A stretch of DNA of 64,000 nt from Hemiscyllium ocellatum (taxonomy: Eukaryota): assembly GCF_020745735.1 (NCBI RefSeq), contig NC_083401.1, forward strand, positions 134,227,740 to 134,291,739, read 5' to 3'. The translations under genes and the position numbers were made by a program. Below are positions 12,405-21,563 of this stretch, one piece after another (position 1 is the stretch's first letter; every line of letters starts with the position of its first letter). The notes beneath the pieces are model-generated. The model saw nothing but the letters and a program-made list of their open reading frames with translations. It had not been told where the DNA came from and searched no databases.

Positions 12405-13000
12405 TTTCGAGTACAGGCTGATCGGATGGGCAGAACAACGGCAAATGAAATTTAATCTGAAAATCTTAAAATGATGCACGTTGGGAAGACAAACAAGGTA
12501 AGGGAGCCCATGGTGAATGGTAGGACCCTAGCGGCTCAGTGGGACCTTGGTGGGAGTGTCAGTAGATCCTTAAAGACAGCAGGAGAGGTGGACAAGGTGG
12601 TTAAAAGATATACGTCTCTGTATTTGTTGAGACATTGAATAGAAGAGCAAAGAGATTATGACGGAGCTGCATAAGACATTAGTTAAGCAATAGCTGGAGT
12701 ACTGCGTGCATTTCTGATCACCACACTATGGGAAGGATGTGCTAGCAGTCGAGGGGGTGCAGAAGAGATTCATCAGGATGCTGCCTGGCCTGGACCATTT
12801 CAGCTATGAAGAGGGATTAGTTAGGCTTCTTTTTTTTAGAGTGAAGAACGTTGAGGGGAGACCTGATTGAGGTGTACAAGATTATAAGGCATATATATCG
12901 ATTGAAAAAAACTTTTCCCCTTAATGGAGGCTCTAGTAATGCAGGGGCTGAGATATATGGTAAAGCGCAGGAGGCTTTGAGGAGATTTAAGGAAGAACAT
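12405..13000 (+). mobile_element. CR1 3' fragment in FGF5 intron 2
   Basis: WAEQRQMKFN / LVKQ.LEYCVHF / VQKRFIRMLPGL motifs. Confidence 0.8.
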
Positions 13001-13009
13001 TTCAGAGTC

Positions 13010-13750
13010 ATAAAGTCTTACTAGCACAGCATCAGGCCGTTTTGCGCATTGTGCCCACACAAGTTATCAAGCATTTTCCAGCAATTGTTATGGCTTTTCA
13101 AGTGCTCCTCAAAATACTTGTTACATGCCTTCAGGGTTCTTGGTTCTACCATCCTTTTTGGCAGAGAGTTCCAGATATCCAGTGTCCCTGAGTGAAAAAA
13201 AATCCTCAAATCCATTCTAATGATATTTATTTGGAAACTGCCCCTTGGTTAACAACCCCTCTACTAAGGGAAATATTTTGTCCCTGTCTACTCTCCTCAT
13301 TACTTTGCTCATCTCAATCAGGTCCCTCAACAGATTTTTCAGCTGTAAGGAAAACAACCCCAACTAGTCAATTCTCTTTATAGCTGAAATGCTGCAGCGG
13401 AGGGTATATCTTCAAGAATCTCATCTGCATCCTCTAATGCAATCACATTCTCCTAATAGTGTGGCAACTGCAACTGCACATAGTGCTCCAGCTGTGGCTT
13501 AACTAACATTTTATACCGTCTCACCATAACCACCATGCTCTTGTATACAATGTTTGGACTAATAAAAACAGGTATCCCATATGTCTTCTTAACCACCTTA
13601 ACTAGATGCCTTGTTGCCATCAAGGAACTAATGACAACTACACCAAGGTTCCTCTGAAATTCTGTATTTCCTAGTGTCCTCCTAATCAATATGTACATGC
13701 ATGTTAGTCTCTGCAAAATACATCACCTCAAACTTTACAGGATTAAATTC
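13010..13750 (-). mobile_element. CR1 3' fragment in FGF5 intron 2
   Basis: YKMLVKPQLEHYVQ and IWNSLPKRMVE motifs on the minus strand. Confidence 0.8.
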
Positions 13751-13751
13751 C

Positions 13752-13985
13752 TTTTTTATTCACTCATGGAACATGTGCATCTCTAGCTAAGCGAGCATTT
13801 ATTGCCCACCTATAATTGCCCAGGGGCAATTAAGAGTCAACCACATTGCTGTGGCTCTGGAGTCATGTGTAGGCCAGACCAGGTGATGATGGCAGTTTCC
13901 TTCCTTATGGGACATTAGTGACCCAGATGGGTTTTGTCCAACAATCAGCAATGGTTTTATGGTCATCAATAGACTATTAATTCCT
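13752..13985 (-). mobile_element. Old SINE with a LINE-derived 3' tail
   Basis: Reverse complement ends GATGCACATGTTCCATGAGTGAATAAAAAA; the body resembles a common cartilaginous-fish SINE. Family not confirmed. Confidence 0.55.
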
Positions 13986-14769
13986 GTTCAGCCCAAAGGG
14001 TGGTGGGTATTTGGAATTCACTGCCTGAAAATTTTTCAAGATGGGAACCATCACAACACTGAAGAATTTTTAAATTATAACTTGAAGTGCAATGGCCTAC
14101 AAAGTTGTGAGCTAAATGCTGGAAAAAGGGGAGTAGATAGGTGCTTGATGACTAGTATTGACCTGATGTGCCAAATGACCTATTTTCATTCTATAAAATC
14201 CTATGACTCTATGTTTCTATATTTAAAAGTCCCTTAGCAGAACATTTTGGAGAGTTAATCTCTGAAAGAAAATGTAACAAACTGAATGTATGAATTCAAG
14301 AGTGGATTCTAGCGTAGAATGTTAGATTTATAATTTGGCAATCCATTAGTCTATTATTTTGGAAAGACTTGTTTCAGTAGAAACCATTTCTTGGTAGAAA
14401 ACTACCGGAAAAATATGAGCATGCTTACAGGAGATGCCATGACCATCAAATCCACTCAATATATCTATATATGCACAATACACGTATGTTTAATTAACCT
14501 ATTCAGGCATGTTGTGACACAACTCTGGAGCAGATAGAACATGTGCCTTCTTGTCCAGAGGTAGAAACATGACCATAGTAGCACAATAACACACTCCATT
14601 TCAGAAGAGGTTGATGAAAAGTGGCGACAAAGAAAATCTTATGGAAAACTGCTGAATGATGTTAGATATTTTTAATTAACTTATTCAAAGATGAATTTAC
14701 ACACTTCTGCAGCAGATGGGACTTGAATCCAAGCATTTTGTCTCAGAGAAAGGGACCCTGTCACTATGC

Positions 14770-14894
14770 TGCAAATGTGTTGCTGGTCAAAGCACAGCAG
14801 GTTAGGCAGCATCTAGATGCTGCCTAACCTGCTGTGCTTTGACCAGCAACACATTTGCAGCTGTGATCTCCAGCATCTGCAGACCTCATTTTTT
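14770..14894 (+). mobile_element. Fold-back mini-insertion of the PLE family A terminus with a 15-bp TSD
   Basis: ACCCTGTCACTATGC at 14755-14769 and 14895-14909; perfect palindrome at 14768-14861. Confidence 0.9.
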
Positions 14895-15546
14895 ACCCTG
14901 TCACTATGCAACAGGAGATCCCTGGTGGTTATAGACTGACACCAATAATGAATACTTCAAGTTCATATTACAGATGAGGAGGTGCTAGAGGACTTAAGAC
15001 ACATACAAGTAGATAAATTCCTGTGACCTGATCAAATGTTTCCCAGAATATTGTGGGAAGCTAGGGAAGAGAGTACTAGGCCCCCTGCTGTTTGTATCAT
15101 TAATAGCCAGAGATGAGATGGCAGAAGACTGGAAGCTGGTTAATGTGGTGCCATTATTTAAGAAAGGCTGTAAGGAAAAGCCAGGGAACTGTAGACTGGT
15201 GAGCCTTACATCAGCGCTGAGTAAGTTGCTGGAAGGGATTCTGAGGGACAGAATTTACATGTATTTAGAAGGGCAAGTACTCAGTAGAGATAGTCAAAAT
15301 GGCTTTGTACTTGGGAAATCATGCTTTTTGAAGAGGTGACAAAGATGATTGATGAAGGCAAAGCATTGTCTATATGAATTTCAGCAAAGAGTTTGACAAG
15401 GTTCTGCACGGTAGACTGATCATTAAGGTTAAGTGACATGAGGTCCAGGGGACCTAGCCAATTGGATTCAAAATTTACTTGAAGATGGGAGATATAGGGT
15501 GGTACTGGAGGATTGTTTTCGGACTGGAGGCTGTGACCAATAGTGT

Positions 15547-16617
15547 TTCCTTCTTCAAGGACCGCAGATTCCCCCCAGACGTGATCGACGATGCCCTCCA
15601 CCGCATCTCCTCCACTTCCCGCTCCTCCGCCCTTGAGCCCCGCTCCTCCAACCGCCACCAAGACAGAACCCCACTGGTTCTCACCTACCACCCCACCAAC
15701 CTCCGCATACAACGTATCATCCGCCGTCATTTCCGCCACCTCCAAACGGACCCCACCACCAAGGATATATTTCCCTCCCCTCCCCTATCAGCGTTCCGCA
15801 AGGACCACTCCCTTCGTGACTCCCTCGTCAGATCCACACCCCCCACCAACCCAACCTCCACCCCCGGCACCTTCCCCTGCAACCGCAGGAAATGTAAAAC
15901 TTGCGCCCACACCTCCACACTCACTTCCCTCCAAGGCCCCAAGGGATCCTTCCATATCCGCCACAAGTTCACCTGTACCTCCACACACATCATCTATTGC
16001 ATCCGCTGCACCCGATGTGGCCTCCTCTATATTGGGGAGACAGGCCGCTTACTTGCGGAACGCTTCAGAGAACACCTCTGGGCCGCCCGGACCAACCAAC
16101 CCAACCACCCCGTGGCTCAACACTTTAACTCTCCCTCCCACTCCACTGAGGACATGCAGGTCCTTGGACTCCTCCACCGGCAGAACATAACAACACGACG
16201 GCTGGAGGAGGAGCGCCTCATCTTCCGCCTGGGAACCCTCCAACCACAAGGTATGAATTCAGATTTCTCCAGTTTCCTCATTTCCCCTCCCCCCACCTTG
16301 TCTCAGTCGGTTCCCTCAACTCAGCACCGCCCTCCTAACCTGCAATCTCCTTACTGACCTCTCCGCCCCCACCCCACTCCGGCCTATCACCCTCACCTTG
16401 ACCTCCTTCCACCTATCCCACCTCCATCGCCCCTCCCCCAAGTCCCTCCTCCCTACCTTTTATCTTAGCCTGCTTGGCTACTCTCTCTCATTCCTGATGA
16501 AGGGCTTATGCTCGAAACGTCGAATTCCCTATTCCTGAGATGCTGCCTAACCTGCTGTGCTTTAACCAGCAACACATTTTCAGCTGTGATCTCCAGCATC
16601 TGCAGACCTCATTTTTT
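15547..16617 (+). mobile_element. Young 5'-truncated Penelope-like element (family A): GIY-YIG endonuclease and terminal repeat with hammerhead motif
   Basis: Open frame with CNRRKCKTCAH and IIYCIRCTRCGLLYIGETGRLLAERFREH. 11-bp TSD ACCAATAGTGT at 15536-15546 and 16618-16628. CpGs intact. Confidence 0.93.
16490..16525 (+). ncRNA. Minimal type I hammerhead ribozyme motif (PLE family A)
   Basis: ATTC-CTGATGA-A-GGGC-TTAT-GCTC-GAAA-CG-TC-GAAT: helix I ATTC/GAAT, helix II, intact core boxes and a GUC cleavage triplet. Confidence 0.75.
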
Positions 16618-19600
16618 ACCAATAGTGTGCCTCAAGGGTCAGTGCTGAGTCCACTGCTTTCTGTCATTTGGTTTGGTTTGGTTTGGTATGGTTTGTAAGC
16701 TTGTAGATGACACCAAAATAGGTGGGGTAGTGGACAATGAAGAAGATTATCTTGGACTATAACAGGAACTTGATCAGTTGGGCTGAGGAGTAGCAGATGG
16801 AGTTTAATTTACATAAATGTAAGGTACTGCATTTTGGTAAGGCAAACCAGGGCAGAACTTATACAGTTATGGTAGAAACCAGGGAAATGTTGCTGAACAA
16901 AGAGACCTAGTGGTGTAGGTGCATAGTCCCTTGAAAATTGGATCACAAGTAGAAAGGCTGGGGAAGAAGGTTTTGCTATGCTTGCCTTCATTGGTCATAA
17001 TATTGAGTATAAGATTAGGATACCATGTTGTGCCAAACAAGAGATTTGTGAGGCCACTTTTGGAATACTGTGTACATTCTGGTTGCCCTTCTATAGAAAG
17101 GATGTTAAACTTGAGAGTGCAAAAAGAGATTGACAAGCATGTTGTTGAGACTGGAGGGTTTGAGCTATACGGAGAGGCTGAATAGGCTGGGGCTATTTTC
17201 CCCAGGAGCATCAGAAACTGAGGGGGTGACTTTTTCGAGGCTTATAAAATCAGGAGGAGCATAAATAGGTGAATAGTCAATGTCTTTTTCCTACAGTAGG
17301 GGAGTCCAGAACTAGAGGACGTTGGTTTAATCCAAGAGGGGAAGGTTTTAAAAAGGACCTGAGGGGTAACTTTTTCTTGTTGCAGGTAGTGTGTGTACAG
17401 AACAAGCTGCCAGAGGAAGTGGTGGAGGCAGGTATAATTACAGCATTTAGAAGGCATCTAGATGGGTATATTAACAGAAAGGATTTAGCAAGATATGGGC
17501 TAAATGCTGCAAGTGGAATGAGGTTCAATTGGGGATGTTTGGTCGAATGGATATGTTGAACCAAAGTGTCTGTTTCCATGCTGTATGACTCTATTTTCCA
17601 TGTGTTGACGGCTATCTTAAGCTATCCAAATGTTTTTATTTAAAGGCACGCTTTGAAATCCATTTGATATGATTGCACATTCTCGTTCACTGTACATCCA
17701 GTGTTTTGCAATGGTTATCTTGTATGGAAAGCACAGCTTTGTGTCCTGTTGTGCAAAAGCCTCAATTCCAGATAAATGTCATAAATGTGACAGTTTTTAC
17801 TCGAGGACACTCGGTTGCTTTGAGTTCAAGGTAGATTGTTGAGTTATAGAAAGTTGAAACAGGAAACCATGGGAGAAAAATAACTTGACATGTGGTAGCT
17901 AAATCGCGCCTACAGCTCTTCATAAACCAACAGTGAAACAGCTGGGACAAGTTCACTTAGGCGTTTTCAGCTGAGGTAATTCTTTAAAAATCATTTTTGG
18001 AATGGAGTGAGTTTGATTAGATGCTGTAAAACTGGACCTTTCAGTGTTAATCTGAAAATGACCATAGAAGACCTTCTCTGTAGCAGCGAAGTGGTCTCTT
18101 CTGTCATCTTAGAACATTTTGACAACTTTCAGAAATTGTATCTATATAACCTCCCCATGCACCTGTCTCAGGCGTCTTTCTAAGCTTTCTTGTTCATAAA
18201 AACACAGCAAGACAGACAAATTAGTGAAAACTGTATTCTGTTATTTCCTACTTATGGCATTGCCTTTAGAAATATGCCAATTATGGTTTTGGAATTTAGA
18301 TTAAATTCGGCAATAATGTGTTTTCACCATTGTGGGTCAAAATGAGAGAGCTATTCCCTTAAACTCTGTACGAAATCATTGGTGTGTGGCATGTCTGATT
18401 TCCACACTCAGTGCACTCAAATTAGTGATTAACCTGAACTTTAAAAATGCAATATTTCAAAATATGCCAAATCCTCCTGAGGAATTAAAGAACAATCTCC
18501 TCTGGGCAGCGGTTGATAATTGCTAGTCCGTATAAAATGCTGGAATACAATATTCTTCAAACTCAGTCCCTGATTTAATTATGTTGCCATCTGTATTTTG
18601 GGGAGAAAAAAGAGACTGATGTCAGACGACTAGTCAAGATAAGAGAAAAAGACTGGAGCAGTGTTACAAACTCATATACGAATTGATTTGGCAGGATTGC
18701 AGAATTATTCATACAATTGACTTTTCATCTCATCTCAGAAACAAGTAGGGACAGATTGAATTCTATCAACGCGCCACATTTACTGACAGGCGACAGGATT
18801 CTCTCGGCACTTTTTAAACTTATTAAGCAATCACAGAAATTCACCCGGCCGTGACGAGCACGCACTCACATGCCATTTTGAATCAACTGCATTAATTTTA
18901 GTAGAAGCAGAGGTTATGCCAAATGTCAATTTGTATATTTAGAATTCTGCATAATATTCAATCATTCCATTTTGTTGGTTGTGTTAGTCTTATCCAAGCA
19001 CCACGCACCCCACCAGCACCACCAATTTTAAGCACATTGGATTATTATTTAGTTGATATTTCTCCGAGGAGATCCATGGCGATGTTCGGCTATTATTTAA
19101 GTGAAAAGCCTAGTCGGCCTGGGACATCCGCTAGTTTCCACACTGAACACGGCATTTAATAGCTGGTAAAATATCTGAAACTAATATTACAAATTATTAA
19201 TACAATATTAATATATCATCAACGTTAGAGCAACCACTGAATCCGGGCATTCGATGTTTTCTTTATAAATATACGTATATATGTTTTATTTTTAGTGATT
19301 TTTTTATATAGCTTTGCAGAAGGAACAGGGTTTGAACAATCTTCACGACACATTTTGAAAGACAGTGGGATGGTGAGTTTATTTCACAATTGCTGTACAT
19401 TTTACTTGTTAGTACCAAATTAAAAAGGCTTGTTTTCCCTTGCAGACAAGACATCTGTAAAAATACATGCTTTGGAGGCTTTGAGTGTACTGTAAGGTCA
19501 AGGAGTATTCGGACAAATCTCCGTTACGGTATTTAACAAATGTTTACTTATTGCAGAGAAAGATCATGATAGCAAGTGATTTGATATTCCGCTTCAGGGA

Positions 19601-19870
19601 AAAAAAAAGTACCGAATGTAAGTCTTACATCTGGATGCTTCTTGCTTGATTTATGACGGCGCGTTGAACTTTATGAACAATGCCTCCAGATAGAGGCCGC
19701 GTTGACCACGCCTAGTGAGTCAAACCCATCTTCGAAAAGGTGAAACTCATTCTGACCCATTCATTGGGCAATAGACTTTGATATGACTTTGCATTCACAT
19801 TAACTTTGTTTTCTTCTGCGCAGTACATTGTTATTTCTGAATAGTACCACTGACCTCAGATAATACTCAC

Positions 19871-19974
19871 AGTTGCGTGAAGTTTCCCCTTTTTATTCAT
19901 TGCTAGAAATCGGTTGCTAAAAATTCCTCGAATTCCCACTATCCCCTGAGACACGGCGAATATTTCCAAAATAC
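19871..19974 (-). CDS. FGF5: FGF5 coding exon 2 (104 nt)
   Basis: Too short for the ORF track. Splice sites TTGCAG|GTATTTTGG...CACGCAACT|GTGAGT. Translates (S)[34 protein letters not shown]. The 104-nt length is the classical FGF middle-exon size. Confidence 0.97.
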
Positions 19975-21143
19975 CTGCAAGTGAGATTTCACAATAAGAT
20001 TCTTGCTGTCAGATTTTAAAATTATGCTCGCACACGCTGCGATTACTAGCTTCAGAGAGCTCTTTATAAAACAATTCCCTTTAATAATGGGAGGCCCCAT
20101 CAAGTTAGTCGGCCTGTAAATATTTGAAGTTGTAAAATATGCTATTAATTTGCTAAGTATGAAATGCCTTGGGCATTTGTTCTGATTGTTTTGTTACAGA
20201 GCATGTCCCCATGTTAGTGACGGACGAGAATTACAGATTGGAGAATCTGACACATATTGTCTTCAACCGAAGATTATTTGTATATGCTATACATATAAAA
20301 TAAAACTACTGGCATCGTCCATAGGTAACTTCCATATCAGTAAAGGTAGTCTAAGATTTCTGATTCGTGGCCGCTTCCAAACTTAAGAAAACATTTTATT
20401 TATTCCCGCTAATGAATATAACTGTCAATCCATGTATTGCTGTGACATGTTAGGAGGTAATAACCACCCCATTCACTAACCCAATAACTGTCAAGCACTC
20501 AGTTCCCTCCAGCCTGCACCTGTTAGCGACATGCTTCATAGTTTAACATGACCGCACAATACACACGCCAGACAACCTGACCCCGGAAAGACTCATCGCA
20601 AAATCGATCTTTGCCGCAAAAAAAAACTTTGCAAACAAACACCGTTTCCAGTTATGTGAAATTAGGTCCACGGGGATGATATACTGACATCGCACTGCAG
20701 AACGTTATAGATTCGGTCAATAACTGTTTTGTGTTTTAATTGTCTTTCAAATATCTAAAATAAAACATTCGACCAATGTCAATATCTCGGACCTCGACCG
20801 CAAAGCCAATATCTGGAAAATCCCTATGCGCAGACGCACATGATCCAACTCGCCATTACTTTTGTTAGAATAGACTGTATTTCTTGACATAGATGGTCTC
20901 CTATTGTAACAACTTAAACAGCTCGGTTTTTTGCTCGTCAAACCAAGACGCTCGTAATCAAAGCAGTCAGGTAAATGTAAAGGTTGGCTGGAATGGCAGC
21001 TCAAAGTTATCTTTGGATACGCTGCAGACAAGTACAGGAACAATACCTTCATAAAAATACTGTCAGAGGCAATTTCGTGTAATTTATGTTTTTGCTGTTG
21101 AGACTATCACTGTCATTTGAACCTATTTCGAATAAATACTCAC

Positions 21144-21417
21144 TGAATAGGTTGGCTTCATGCGAGCCACTGACTTTGCCATCAGGCTGGATCTGCAAAT
21201 GAAAACCAATTCCAACTCTGCAATAAAGTCTCCCAGTGCGGGGCCCAGGTCTATTCCATTGGTACATGTTCCTCAGCGATTTACGGTTCTGCAACAGAGT
21301 GGAGTTCTCATTTGTTGTACCTCGAAGTAGTTCTGCGGACGGTACCTGCTCACTGTAGCCTGGAGAGAAGCGGACAGTGTGATTCAGAAAGAGGAGGACG
21401 AGGTAGTGGAAGCGCAT
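21144..21417 (-). CDS. FGF5: Fibroblast growth factor 5, coding exon 1 (signal peptide and start of the FGF core)
   Basis: Translates [20 protein letters not shown]...[32 protein letters not shown], the FGF5 exon-1 signature. The ATG at 21417 lies in GCTGGAAGA-ATG context. The exon ends in phase 1 at the donor A|GTGAGT; length 274 nt. Confidence 0.97.
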
Positions 21418-21449
21418 TCTTCCAGCGGGTCTCTCCGGGGTGCTCCCTG

Positions 21450-21530
21450 CTAGGACAATGCCCGCATTTTGCTGATCCTTTGCTCCTTGCACCAACCACG
21501 GCGTGTGGTGTCTCCGCCAGGCATATCCAT
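21450..21530 (-). promoter_or_regulatory. Out-of-frame upstream ORF in the FGF5 5' leader
   Basis: ATGs at 21530, 21524 and 21467 share one frame and end at TAG 21452-21450 ([26 protein letters not shown]). Confidence 0.55.
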
Positions 21531-21555
21531 GCAAAGGCTACTGCTGGCACGGTGA

Positions 21556-21563
21556 TATTTATA
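21556..21563 (-). promoter_or_regulatory. TATA box (TATAAATA) of FGF5
   Basis: Consensus TATAAATA on the minus strand about 140 nt upstream of the FGF5 ATG, within a CpG-retaining region. Confidence 0.7.

Larger units (their letters stand above)
14970..17592 (+). mobile_element. CR1 ORF2 3' half, split by a PLE insertion at 15547-16617
   Basis: EDWKLVNVVPLFKKGCKEKPGNCRLVSLTS before the PLE; VPQGSVL...RPLLEYCV and tail CTGTATGACTCTAT after it. Confidence 0.9.

Noticed and set aside
15479-16357. 292-aa ORF as a host gene
   Set aside because: It is a chance fusion of CR1 sequence to a truncated PLE endonuclease frame, bounded by a TSD.
21418-21534. 39-aa N-terminal extension of FGF5 in the ORF track (MHGYAW...)
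   Set aside because: It starts at TTG near the predicted cap site. The ATG at 21417 has a good Kozak context and begins the signal peptide.
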